Shown in pieces: positions 39,101 through 52,099 of a stretch of DNA of 64,000 nt. A program made the position numbers and the translations under genes. This DNA comes from Vicugna vicugna (taxonomy: Eukaryota), in the NCBI GenBank assembly GCA_013265495.1, contig MU058423.1, positions 2,495,061 through 2,559,060 on the forward strand, given 5' to 3'. The number at the start of each line of letters is the position of its first letter. The first letter of the stretch is position 1. The notes beneath the pieces were generated by a model. The model saw nothing but the letters and a program-made list of their open reading frames with translations. It made no database searches and was not told the DNA's origin.

Positions 39101-42100
39101 GTCCCAACAGACCACACACTGCAGCTCACAGCTGTCTTCACCCTCCCAGCCAGGCAGTGATCCTAGCTCTTGCAAAGTTCTCAAGGCCAGCATACCTGGA
39201 GCAGAACCAAAGTTGATAGGAAGAAGCTGGAAAGCAGATTTTATGATGGGAAATGGGAATGGGAAACAGATTGTAGGCTGAAAAACCTATTGGACTAATG
39301 CCCCAAATTCCCAATTCTGTGATAAATAGGCTTTGTTGCTCCCCAATTAGTTGAACGAGGATGACTGACGAAGAGCTGTGAGGTGAGGTCAGGCTGTGCT
39401 CCTCCAGCACTTCTTTACACTAACGATGAATCAACAGAAAAAGAAAGTAAAGAAACAATCCCCTTTAAAATAGCACCCAAAGTAATAAAATACCTAGGAA
39501 TAAATCTAACCAAGGAGGTGAAAGAATTATACACAGAAAACTATAAACCACTGATGAAAGAAATTAAAGAAGACTTTAAAAAAATGGACAGATATCCCAT
39601 GCTCTTGGATTGGAAGAATCAATATTGTTAAAATGGTCACACTTCCCATGGCAATCTACAGATTTAATGCAATCCCTATCATATTTCACAGAACTAGAAC
39701 AAATCATAATAAAATTTATATGGAACCATCAAAGACCTAGAATTGCCAAAGCATTACTGAAGAGAAAGAAAGAGGCTGGAGGAATAACTCTCCTAGACTT
39801 CAGACAATACTATAGAGCTACAGTCATCAAGACAGCATGGTATTGGTACCAAAACAGACATATAGACCAATGGAACAGAATAGAGAGCCCAGAAATGAAC
39901 CCACAAACTTTTGGTCAACTAATCTTCGACAAAGGAGGCAAGAATATACAATGGAATAAAGACACTCTCTTCAGCAAATGGTGTTAGGAAAACTGGACAA
40001 CAGCATGTAAAGCAATGAAGCTAGAACACTCCCTTACGCCATACACAAAAATAAACTCAAAATGGATCAAAGACTTAAACATAAGACAAGATACAATAAA
40101 CCTCCTAGAAGAAAATATAGGCAAAACATTATCTGACATACATCTCAAAAATGTTCTCCTAGAACAGTCTACTCAAGCAATAGAAATAAAAGCAAGAATA
40201 AACAAATGGGACCTAATGAAACTTACAAGCTTCTGCACAGCAAAGGAAACCAGAAGTAAAACAAAAAGACAACCTACGGAATGGGAGAAAATTTTTGCAA
40301 ATGAAACCGACAAAGGCTTGATCTCCAGAATATATAAGCAGCTCATATGACTCAATAAGAAAAAAATAAACAACCCAATCCAAAAATGGGCAGAAGACCT
40401 AAACAAGCAATTCTCCAAGGAAGACATACAAATGATCAAAAAGCACATGAAAAAATGCTCAATATCACTAATTATCAGAGAAATGCAAATCAAAACTACA
40501 ATGAGGTATCACCTCACACCAGTCAGAATGGCCGTCATTCAAAAATCCACAAATGACAAATGCTGGAGAGGCTGTGGAGAAAGGGGAACCCTCCTACACT
40601 GCTGGTGGGAATGCAGTTTGGTGCAGCCACTATGGAAAACAGTGTGGAGATTCCTCAAAAGACTAGGAATAGACTTACCATATGACCCAGGAATCCCACT
40701 CCTGGGCTTGTATCCAGAAGGAAATCTACTTCAGGATGACACCTGCACCCCAATGTTCATAGCAGCACTATTTACAATAGCCAAAACATGGAAACAGCCT
40801 AAATGTCCATCAACAGGTGACTGGATAAAGAAGAGGTGGTATATTTATACAATGGAATACTACTCAGCCATAAAAACCGACAACATAATGCCATTTGCAG
40901 CAACATGGATGCTCCTAGAGAATGTCATTCTAAGTGAAGTAAGCCAGAAAGAGAAAGAAAAATACCATATGAGATCGCTCATATGTGGAATCTAAAAAAC
41001 AAAAACAAACAAACAAACAAAAACAAAGCATAAATACAGGACAGAAATAGACTCATGGACAGAGAATACAGACTTGTGGTTACCAGGGGGGTAGAGGGTG
41101 GGAAGGGATAGACTGGGATTTCAAAATTGTAGAATAGATAAACAAGATTACACTGTATAGCACAGGGAAATATACACAAAATGTTATGATAAATCACAGA
41201 GAAAAAAATGTGACAATGAATATGTTCATGTATAACTGAAAAATTGTGCTTTACACTGGAATTTAACACAAAATTATAAAATGATTGAGTATCAATAAAA
41301 AATGTTAAAAAAAGATAAAATCTTTTCACAGAGCACCTACATATGTACTCAAATCCCAGCGTTAACCTCTGTCCAGGGAATCACACTATAACCCTGGACA
41401 GGATCCCAATCCTGCAGAGCCCTCAGGGATCAAGACAAAATATTCTCTGTGTCTTTGGTGCTTAATATCAATCCCACTGTGTCTCAACTCAATACTACTA
41501 ACTCCAACTACATACAAACTCCTAAAGATTTTGCTTCATCCACATGATCCAGAGCTGTGGAACTCAGACAACAAAAGAACATAAGCCTTTTCTTTTCAGT
41601 AAAGGAAAAAGAAAGCCACTGCCTGCCACCCGTAGAACCAGATGTTCTGACGGGGAGCACAGGACAGCCTCTACTGGCTCCATGACTTTCAGAAATTACC
41701 TCCCCTTTCATCCTAATTCCAGATCTGTAAAAGGAGGTGATAATTGTTCTACCCTGTAAAAATGTTGTCAACATTATATTAGACACACTATATGTAAGAT
41801 GCCTAGCAGAGACCTTGGTATGAACCAATTCCTTAATAAATGCAAGGTATTCTACGTTTTAGCTCCAGGACTGGGGAGGCATCAGGGATAAGACAAAAGA
41901 CGTATAACTAGTAGGAGAATCAGGGGAATCACCTCAAAGCGGCTCATGAAGTCTTTCAGGTTTAGGAATTCATCCAGGCACTTGGGCTCAAATATGCGGT
42001 ACACATCAAGGACGTCATAAGCCAAGAAATCCACAAAGGTGAGCTGCAGGAAGGCAAAGGAGGTATGGGCACCAAACTCTGAACCTGGAAAAAATGACAA

Positions 42101-44442
42101 CTCCCTGCCCCTCAAAGCCGACCCCCTTACCTTGTCTCCTGCAAACCAAGTCCTCTTCCCCAGAAACTCTGAGAAGAGCTTCATTATTCCAGGGATCTCC
42201 TCCAAGAAACCAGACTTCAGTTTCTCCTGAGGCACAAAACAGCAGTCACCAGACTCAGACTCAGACTCCCTGGGCAGAGAGCAGGACTCCCAGGGCCGTG
42301 TCAGATCCCAGATGCCAGGTGAGCAGCCATGTCCCCTGACAGCACCTGGGTTGGTGCCCAGGCTCCAATTTAACCCACCTGTGCTCACTAGACTCCTACC
42401 GCCCATCTGTGACAGATGATGGGAAGGCAAAGGGCAAAGCCGCATTGTCCCTGAACCTGTCACCACACATCTCCAAACACCACCCATGGGTCAGAGCAGC
42501 AGTGCTGGGAGACCTGGCAGAGCTTGGGACTCAGATCTCAGACAGATGCTACAATAAAATGACCCAGGAAGGAAGCTGAAAGCTCTATAAAATAGCTGAC
42601 AGAAATAGTGGGGACGCAAGGGCAGTTTCTGGACAGCTGAAGACACTTTGAGAGGATGTAAGGAAGGAGGGAGGGGAACAACGTCTGACCTGTGCTGCCT
42701 ACTGGATAAATGTGTTCATGCCTGAGACGCCGAGGAGGAGGCGCTGGGATAAGGAGGTAAAGAGCCTGTCTAGGAATTGCATTTCCATCCTGGGGAGTCT
42801 GGGCTATACCCTAAAGTTGATGGGAACTAACAGAATTTCCCTTTCATGCACAGGGAGTGGTTATGAGGGTCACTCTAGGGACTTTATAAGGGCCAGCTTG
42901 GTGAATCAGTAGCTCAAAGCAGTTCAAATGGCAAAAGGACCAGTGTAGATGGGACTCTGTCCAGCCCAGCCCAGCCCAGTGGGAGGGGACTCACAAAATC
43001 AGGGCTGTAGCACACCCTGACCATTTGGAAGCGCACGTCCATAGCCTGGTTCTCGAAAACGTCCACTCGAATCTTCTCCTCCTCTGTCTCCCCACCTGTG
43101 TCCACACAAAAGACTCTCCCTCAGTATGCCACCCCCAGCCAAGACCAGAGGCATGACCATCTGTTCCCTGTCCCCATCCACAGCACTACTCACACATGTT
43201 GTGCTTGCGAGCAATGTAGCGAAGGATGGCGTTGCTCTGCGTGAGCCTGTGAGCCCCATCAATTAGGTAGGGCAGCTGCAAGAACAACAGGGAAGGTTGC
43301 TTGGGCCACCAGGCTCCCCTGCACCCCGTCTCTTGAGCAACGGCAGAGGTGAAATCTGGCACTCACAGAGCCTGGCCCATGGAAGGCACTAAATAATATA
43401 CTGTACAAGGACCAGATGAGCTGGGACATAGAACATCACTCTAAGACAGTGAGAGAACCAGGGTGCTGAGAAGATGACCAGAAGGCACCTGATCCTGAAA
43501 ACTCTAAGCTGGGAAAGGAGATGGAAGAGAGACACCGTCCACTTTCCCCCACAGCACCCGCATCCCCTGCACCTACATTGGGGAAGTCCAGGCCCAGCTT
43601 GAATTTTTCGTTCAGCCAATGGCTTCTGTCATAGTCAGGAGCTGTGGTAAAGAAGATGCAGTGAACCGAACCTGCCCAGTATCCAACCCTCAGTCCTGGG
43701 AGACCTACCAAGGAGTTAGAGGTAAAACCCACTGAACAGGTCAGTCTGGAATCTGAACCACTTAGTCTCCCATACCAGCTTAGAAGGAAAAGCATACAGA
43801 GAAGGCTTTTTTAAGCTACTTGAGTAATGTTTAGGAACAGTTTCAGCAAGACCTAAGGGGAACTAATGCCAACTGCTGAAACAGGGTCCTAGTCTTTGGC
43901 TCTCACGTCCTGCCTTGGAGGCCAGCTGCACCCTCAAAAGGATTCAGAAGGGGCAGGCCCCTGCTCCAGCTGCTGGAGGGCAGCAAAGGCAAACACGATG
44001 TTGCTTGGTGCCAAATCAGTATGAAAAAAAAATCAGGCAGAAATTAGAACATGAAGAGGATGCCATTACCGTCCCCCATCGTGTACCGCTTCTCCTCATA
44101 GTCTGAGCCCGTGTACTCCAGGAGCAGGCGGATGGCGTGAGCCAGCTGGGAGAGAAGGCGGTGACACAGGTCACACGTGAGGGTCTTGACAGCGAGTCTT
44201 TGTCTGCTCCAGGGCACCTCCCACACCCCAACACGCTCACCCCCAGCGCACCAGCCCTCTAGCGGCCCACCTGAAAAGGAGGTGCAGAGGGAAGGGGCTC
44301 GGCTGCAGCAAGCCCTGGAGAATCAGATTCTGGCGAAACAGCCCCCAGCTGCGCAGCATTTCCCCTCCCGCCTCCATCCCATCCGCCCTGGTGGACCCCT
44401 GCTCACCCCGCGGATGTCCCAGTAACCCAGGATCATAGGCAT
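34259..44442 (-). CDS. GSTM1-like: Glutathione S-transferase mu class, paralog C (218 aa); exons 44407-44442, 44070-44145, 43577-43641, 43194-43275, 42995-43095, 42131-42226, 41933-42043, 34259-34348
   Basis: Canonical exon sizes and GT-AG sites; [51 protein letters not shown]...[17 protein letters not shown]...[16 protein letters not shown]; reading frame open. Confidence 0.95.
34811..38662 (+). mobile_element. Degenerate ERV in intron 7 of gene C: 5' LTR about 34811-35254, PBS 35258-35275, internal remnants, 5'-clipped 3' LTR about 38253-38662
   Basis: LTRs homologous to those in A/B; PBS tggcgaccacagagggac resembles a tRNA-Arg PBS (TGGCGACCACGAAGGGAC); leader homologous to A 5700-6180. 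Confidence 0.75.
36164..36195 (+). repeat. (TG)n microsatellite
   Basis: About 16 TG units seen directly. Confidence 0.9.
38823..38833 (+). promoter_or_regulatory. Perfect ARE (ATGACTCAGCA) in intron 7 of gene C
   Basis: Paralogous to the site at 12472; exact match. Confidence 0.5.
39411..41313 (+). mobile_element. Relatively young 5'-truncated LINE-1 (ORF2 C-terminal part plus 3'UTR) in intron 7 of gene C
   Basis: Long ORF pieces [50 protein letters not shown]...YSAIK; ends in AATAAA and an A-rich tail. Confidence 0.95.
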
Positions 44443-44930
44443 GGTGCTGCTGAAGGCGGTCTCAGTGGAGAGGCCTCGGAGAAACTGGGCTGGGAATTTA
44501 TCCTCTGACCCGGAGGTGAAGGCGGGGCCAGAAGCACGGCCCCCTCTTCTGGAGGCCCCCTCTTCTGGATTCCGCCCCCAGCCGGTCAGCAACTCGGCAA
44601 TGCCTTTGCCAGAAGCCTGCACGGGCAGGAGGGAATAAGGTCTATTTCTGCCTCCCACCCAGGGGGTCTCCGGAGTCAAGGTCTGAGCTCTTAAATGCCG
44701 AGGGCCCCCGGGGTCGGGCTGACCTGGTGCCGCCCCCAGGCGGACCTTGGCTAAATTGGGGGAGTTAGCAGTGCGCTCAGGGAACAAGTCCCAATCTGGA
44801 ATTTGACACAACACTGTAAAATGACTATAACTCAATAAAAAAAAATGTTTGAAAAAACAAGTCTGAATCAAAACAAGGCCAAGGCTCCTCCCCCTCCCCT
44901 TCCCTCTCAGGCACCGCTCAGCTGCGCTCC
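44443..44930 (-). promoter_or_regulatory. Proximal promoter of GSTM C: GATAAA element near 44497-44502, GC boxes; contains a tiny L1 insertion
   Basis: Homologous to the A and B promoters. Confidence 0.55.
44797..44855 (+). mobile_element. ~60-bp L1 3' tip with 14-bp TSD in the promoter of gene C
   Basis: tggaatttgacacaacactgtaaaatgactataactcaataaaaaaaaatg matches the end of the L1 at 41257-41313; TSD aacaagtcccaatc / aacaagtctgaatc. Confidence 0.8.
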
Positions 44931-47900
44931 TGGGCTGCTGAGTTCCAGCAGGCTAAGTAAGGCTTCTACTACCAAGTTAAGGCCAACAGTGGTACCCCTC
45001 AAATGAGGAGTTTACAGCACCTGTTACAGGAAGACCTGGCCGTCAGGCAATCCTAAAGCTCCCCACAGCTGTTATGATCCCTGACAGCCTCAAGTCTTCC
45101 AGAACAGACCATTATGTTGCTGGAAGAACCATCAGGTCAAAGGACAGAAAAAGGGAATGAGGTCTCAGTGGTGTCGTTCAGGGACTGTGGAGGACTCAGC
45201 CCCTCAATCATGGGGCTGAAAGTGATAATGATCAAATGTAAATTAATCAAGTGGTTTATGACCTCCATTGTGAATGTAAATCCAGAACCAGGCCCAGCAG
45301 AGAGGATATCCTGCAGGTGCAGCCCCAGAGATGTCCTGACAGCCAGCTAGATGTCCCTCACATGGGTACAGGGATGGGGAGTGTGGTTGGTCACAGAGGG
45401 AATGTGACACAGGGGAGAAGGAGCTGTCCTCGGAGCAGTCAGGTGGCTCACCTGCTGGAGAGGGTGGCCACACTTGGGTGACCAGCCAGGAGGTTGGAGG
45501 ACTACCCTCAGGACCACAGTCAGAGTGGGCCCAGCACACCCTCTGCTGCCCAGGGCCACGGATTCCAGCCCCGATCCTGGCCCCTGACCCCTGTGTGATT
45601 TTCTGTATGAGAGGCTGGCTCAGGTGTCCTTTGAAATCACTCTGTGATGTTTGACTTCTGTTACAACCCCCAAAAAGGCAATATCCTACTTCCCAAATTT
45701 TCCCTTGGAAGTTTGAAGCCATTTCAACATTAGGAGAGTAGGACACAGGTTGGCCTGTGGTTCCTTTCTCTGTTCAAAGGATGCTACAAATTAGTGGACA
45801 TCTGAAAACAGATGAGAAGAACTTTAAAAAACAAATGAGATTTCAAGTTAAAATGCAAGATTGATGCACTAGAAAAATAAGTTAAAACTAGGTAACATTT
45901 CCTTGGGATAGAAAGGTATGAACCCAGCATTCAGTAAAGATTGTAAACTACCAAGATAATATATGAAGTTGGGGTTGAGGAGACAGATAGACTTTAATTC
46001 ACATTAAATCACAGAATCAAATACTCGCCCATAAAAAAGAATAAAATAATGCCATTGGCTGCAACATGGATGAACCTGGAGATGGTCATTCTAAGTGAAG
46101 GAAGCCGGAAAGAGAAAGAAAAACACCCACATGATATCACTTATACGTGGAAACTTTTTTAAAAAATGAACTTATTTACAAAACAGAAACAGACTCCCAT
46201 ACAAAACAAACTTATGTTTACTGGGTGTTGGTAGGGGGTAAGAAGGGATAAATTGGGAGGTTGAAATTTGCAGATACTAACTACTATATATAAAATACAT
46301 AAACAGAAAGTTTATACTGTATATAGCACAGGGAATTATATTCAATGTCTTGTAGTAACCTATAACAAACAAGAATATGAAAGCAAATATATATGTACCT
46401 GTGTGACTGAAACATTATGCTGTATACCAGGAACTGACAACACATGGTAAACTGACTGGACTTAAATAAAAAAAAAAAATTCACAGCGTCAGAGGCCTAC
46501 ATGTCTCTAAGTTGGGGAGCCGGGAGAGAGTGTCACCAGAGACCAGCAGAGCTCGGGCCCTGTGGCAGATGCTCCTCAGACACTCCTGGAGGGCTCCAGG
46601 CTGGGTCTATTAGATAGTTAGGTAAGTGGGGGCACTGGGCAGATGGGTAGAGGAGAGGCAGGACGGTCCGAAAGATGGCGTTATGCCCGCCTCCAGCACC
46701 AAGGGACTTTACTTCTAAATGAGCTCCAGCAAGAAACCCATTAGAACCCGACAGCTGCAACTGCTCACTAGCAAGAAGGACTTAGCGAAACATGACCTAA
46801 TACTCACTGTAATATATTCACGCTGCGGTTTAGGACCACCACCCCACCCGCTGCCCTCGCCTTGGGTTTTCCTGTGTACACCATCGGTAAGGACATGCGC
46901 AAAGGGGTCAAACATGACTAAGCATTCCAGGGGCAAGAGCCCAGAATCAAGAGACCACCTCTGGGCGAGGGTATAAGAGAAAGGACAAAACAAAGACCAC
47001 TGCAACTCCCCCTTAGATCAGCCCGCCCCCCATTGTGGGAGCTGTACTTTTCTTTTTCTAAATAAATCCTCTAAACACTTTCACTACACAATTCTCTCCA
47101 GTACCTGCCTGTAATCTTGTCTTTCAGGTAAGACAAAGACTGGGATCTTTCCTCCTTACCTTTTGGGGAAACAGGCACAGGCTCAGGATGCGGCTCAGGA
47201 TGCAGCTCAGGGTCAGGCAGATGCTCTTGTCGGTCTGTCCACAAGGAGGTGAAGGCCACCATGCACACACAAACGTGCTGCCCCTCTGACTAGTCGTTTT
47301 TCATAACACATTAAGGAGCTGTCATTGCGAGTTTTCTACATCTTGAACTTGGAACAGAAACATGACTAGATTCCACCGAGAAAATGGCTTTTTAAAAATA
47401 ATGTTAAACAGCATAAGAACATTTAAACTACTTAGAACAGATACTGTTCTGTGAGCATTCATGCATCCAGCCATTCCTTTTTGATAAGACAGTCATTGAG
47501 ATGTTGTCACCTGGCAGACACCGTGAGTAAGACAGTCCTGGGTAGCAAGTGCTGGCCATCAGCTGGGAAATACAGGGAGACATTCTTAAAATATAAAACA
47601 AGTTTTAAGTGTTGAAACACTGAGAGGCAGTGAGAGAGAGGGACGTTGAATGCAAGAGAAACAGGAGATATCTGGTAGGACAAGGAACTTTGGAGACAAG
47701 AGCAAAGGTGGCCCCACCAGAAGGAAGAGGACAGTCGTGCAGAAGGAGGAGCAGGGCTGGCCCAGCAGACACAGATGCAGATGATCACACAGCAGGTGCA
47801 GCGGGTCTGGGAAGGGCAAGAGGGGGCAGTGGGGACCAGGGAGAGTGGAGAGTGGGCTCAAGGGGGTCACTGCAGCCAGTGGCTGCCTGGCTGAGATTCA

Positions 47901-49431
47901 GTGCCAGTGTTGCCGCATCTTCTGAATTTCCACGTGCTCTCTCTTGACTGTACAGTGTTGACAAGTCCTCATATTTTACAGAACGCTGTGTAGTACATCA
48001 AAACGTACTGTGTCCAACAACCAGTCCAGCAGGCCTGCCTCTAGTGTGACTCTGGGCTGCATTCCATACTTCCCTCCAGCTGCACTGCAGACCTTCTGAA
48101 CGCTCAAGTACGGTAACAGAAATTCTACGTGATCTAGCCTCAGAGCAAAGTACTATAATTTAGAAATAAATACAAAAAGTAGAATTAAAAGGTGTCCTAC
48201 GTCTTGTTATTTTTTTACAGACTTGTCCATGTAATCACAGAATATTCAGGATCAAAGAGCATTTTTTAATCTGAAAATAAGAAATTAAAAGTAACCAAGG
48301 AGAACTTACTGTGAAATTGTATACTAGACAAAAATTTTTTACTTGTTTATATTATTTTGAATAAGGAAAGGCAGACAAACTCGGGCTGAAAATATTTAGA
48401 GAAGGAACCAAGGTCAAGATAAAAAAAATATGGAAAATAAGAAACAAGAAGAAAAATTCCACATTAAAATCAATGTATTTTTGTGAAACCATTTGATCCT
48501 CTGAAAACTTTAGCTATGTCAATGCAAAATTAGTCTAGTAACAAAAACGAAAGGCTATAAGTTAATGAAAATCAGGGCTGAGAAAGAAACCTAAAAATCA
48601 GTCAAACAATTTCTAAAACTGGGGAAATATTTCTCTCAGGTGACGGCTAATTAATGTTAAAATTAAACACAACAAACAGAAAAAACACAAAATATCAAAA
48701 GATGTGTTAAAGAGCTAAAGATCTTGAATAAAGTAACAAGAGCATCATAAAGAAAAAAGAATAACACTAAAGGACACGGTTCTGGAAATTTTTCCAAAAC
48801 CTCAAAGCAGGAATACTTTACATAAATCGTCACACACTACAGACAAGTGTGGCTTGACGCCCTAACCCGCAAAGGACAACACAGGTGAGGATGAGTATAA
48901 ATCACTGTCACTTTTGAACTAAAGCCAAGCATCAGCGATAACAACTTAGAGGCCAGAATGTGCTGTTTCATTGTCAAGGCCTGTGTGCTCAGAGCGGGGA
49001 GCATTTGAGAAACAGAGAGAAGACAGAGGGAGCAGGAGTGGGAGAGGGAGGAGGAAGCTGTGCGGAAAGGTACCATCTGGGGTCTACGGAAGCTCTGTGT
49101 CTTACCTGAAAGTTTTCCAGAAGTCTCATACATTAAACCTCACAAAAATACATTTGCCACATGACCCAAGACATATATGGATATATTATTAAGGGAAATG
49201 AAAGTTTCATCAAGGAAGATTTACCTTAACGACTTATGTTCCACTCTGATTTTTTTAAATTCTATTCTTTAAAAAAAAAAAATGCTAATCTCCATCCGTT
49301 ACTTTGGTTGTCTTAACTGGGGGTGATTTTGTACCTCAGAGATATTTGGCAAAGTCTATGAGCACTTTGGATGGTCACAAGGATGGGCAGAGCTACCGGT
49401 ATCTAGGGGATGAGGGCTTGGGGATGCTGCT
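44921..49431 (+). repeat. Segmental duplication copy 2 (partner 26845-31360)
   Basis: Same L1 fragment, LTR and MER20 in the same order as copy 1. Confidence 0.95.
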
Positions 49432-49516
49432 AACCGCTCACCGTGCAGAGGACAGCCCCCCATAACCAAGAATTATGCCGTCTGAACTGTCAGCAGTGTT
49501 GACATGAAGAAACTAG
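49305..49516 (+). mobile_element. MER20, complete copy
   Basis: Continues past the 31360-equivalent point with aggacagcccccc...aagaattatg...gtcagcagtgttgac..gaagaaac, the 3' half of MER20. Confidence 0.75.
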
Positions 49517-50960
49517 ACTGATACTGGGTCAAAAGCTGCAACTGGAAAAACACTGCCCTGCAAATTCTAGGCAGCAGGAAGGAGTCACGAGCACCCACAA
49601 CCCTGGCCACCAGCCAGCAGGGAGGGCTGACTGCACGGAGGACTGGGAAACTGTCTTGCTCTGGGGGCTATCACTGCAGGCACAAGGCAGCAGATCGGGA
49701 CAAGAGCCTGAGAGATGGGCAGAGACCGTGATGCGTGGCCTGGCAGCCTGGCCCTCCAGGAAACAGGGTATGGACTGGGGTAACTCTGGTTGTCAGACAG
49801 CAGGCCTCCTCGGAGTCCCCCGAGCACTGTTCCAGGCCAGGCAGCACTGACCTGCACCAGGACAGTAATTGATCAGGAGCTGCTGACATGGCTACATGGG
49901 ATGAACTGAATGTATTTTTTAAAACGGATCCCCCAAGGGGCAAGTCTGGGATCGCTGTTTGGTGAGGCTCTAACACCACCGTGTATCAGGGTCCTGTTTA
50001 GCTGCCCACTTGGGCTGGGGGAGCTGGGTCAGGCAGGTGCTGGAAGACCCCGTGTCCAAAAAGCACCAGCAGCCGGGCACCGGTCCTCAGCCACTGTGAC
50101 AGTCAGTCTGGAGGCTGCCTTCCAGCACCTGGCCACTGCGATGGCCCTGGAACAGAGGCGGAGCAACCCCATCACACCAAAGATGAAGAGCCGGGCTGGG
50201 CTGGCCAAGCGTCTGAGGGCCCTGCTGGGAACTGCCCTGGCTCTGAGGAGGAAGGAAAAAAAAAACATTTAAAAAACAAACAAAACAAAACAAAACAAAA
50301 TTTCCACATGACTGAAAAGGGTGTACAGAAATTTCTAACAAGTCACTGCCAAAATTAGTCTAACAACTTTAGTCTAAAACAAAATTAGTCTAACAAGTCC
50401 CAGAAACTGGTACCCTCTGTTTTTATTACCCTCACAGGGAGAACAATATTTGAATATGTAGGCACTTAATAATTGTCACACACATCGATGTGGGTGATGG
50501 GATTAAGCATAGCGACAGCTCCAGTGCCACAGTTTACCTGTCATTCAAGGGGTCCCAGAGATACTCATGGCATCAAATTGGCAAAACACATAGGCAGACG
50601 CATGATTTGCTCTTTAAAGTTCTAAAAAAATAGTGACAATAATCAAGGAGATGGACCAGCTTTAAGAGACCCTTTAACATCTCAGCCAGTCCAGTCTGAT
50701 ACATAAGCAGTCTTCCAAAAACAGTGTGCTTTAGCTTTTTATGCTATGTTGAGTTTTACAAACATATTCGTTGATTATTCTAATCAATTTTTGTATTTAT
50801 TTGCTACATGGTAAGAAGCTCAAGATCTACAATTACTTCTACTGTGCCTATTTAAAAAAAGAAAGTGTTGACTGCCACTACCTCATCATTAAATAATTGA
50901 TCCAGGAATTGGATAAATTTGAGGCAAGCATGGTCACCGTTTTACACAGGGAGTTTCATT

Positions 50961-51485
50961 TGTTACTGTGGGTGACAGCAGGGCCGCCCTGACTTCAGTT
51001 CTTGTTGGCGCAACAAAGAATTGAGACATAACAGTAGGAAAGTACTGGCAGGGTTTACTTGGGAAAGAAACACACTTCAAGAGACAAGCGGGCCAAGCCG
51101 AGGGAGGCAATGACCCCGAAAGCAGAGGATTTTAGCTTTTTAAGCTTTGCTTTGGCCAGCGGAGACACGTCATCTTGATTGACAGCCGAGACTTAAGGGT
51201 ACCTGAATTGCTCGTATTTTTCCCAGAATTTTCTTTTTTATAAGGAAATTAATATATGGGCAGAATATGTAACAGGAGCTAATGAATGTTTCACAGTGGT
51301 AGGATCATCTGAGAACAAGGAATCCTAGGCTTTGTGCATGCTCCGCCAGGGGACTGTAGCTCCTTCTCAGCAGTCACTCGTTTACCGGCGTTTACCTGCA
51401 TTGAATGGAGCAGAATCTCTTTTGGGTTCTCCCCAGATACTGTTTCCCTGGGTCTCACCACTTATGTCTGACTAACTACCTAACA
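50961..51485 (-). mobile_element. Solo ERV1-type LTR
   Basis: TG...CA termini; minus-strand start TGTTAGGTAGTTAG resembles the start of the LTR at 28530. Confidence 0.6.
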
Positions 51486-52099
51486 AATGGACAGGGATTC
51501 ATCACAAGTATTCATTCATCAGGTGGAAACATGCACAGCCAACAAACAATTAACAAGAGGTAAAGGTGGAAAACTGCAAGGTATGCCTGTGATCCCATAA
51601 AACTAGCATAAGATGAAACTGTGGAGCGCAGGTGCCTGGGGTACTGGAGAAACAGGTCCACGTGCCTTGCTGGGGGCACCAGCAAGTAAATTACTCTCTG
51701 CAGAGCAACAAAATAATCTACTCTCAAAGCATAAACCCATTCTACTCTTTGCCTTCCAGGGTCTGCTTGGGGATCTACAAAATAAAGGAAACAAAACCAG
51801 AGGAAGACATCAGCTTAAGACAGAGCGTTGTCAAGAAAGTCAAAACATTAGAAAATTCCACGTGCCCAATATGTGAGACTGACTAGGCAAATTACACTTT
51901 ACCTACAGGAAGGAATGCTACATAGCCAGTAAATATTTAATAGTGTGTGCACATGTGGACAGCCAATAGGTACAGATTTTTAAGAGAAATGTTAGGAGCA
52001 AAGAAGAACTTAAGGATGTATACACACAGCTACCCAAGAAGTAGGCATGAATAAAAATCAAATGAATATTAGAAGTAACCCCATAATATTAAATATAAC

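Noticed and set aside
13933..43641. Exons 3-7 of A and C are offset by exactly 28,000 bp
   Set aside because: Equal intron 3-6 lengths follow from paralogy; exons 1, 2 and 8 have other offsets, so the round number looks coincidental.
44323..44871. In-frame N-terminal extension of gene C (similarly 26346-26588 for B)
   Set aside because: Starts upstream of the TATA-like element, partly inside the L1 tip; the canonical ACCATG start is conserved.
50351..50397. Short direct repeat aaaattagtctaacaa x2
   Set aside because: A small local duplication with only two units; no array structure or evident function.
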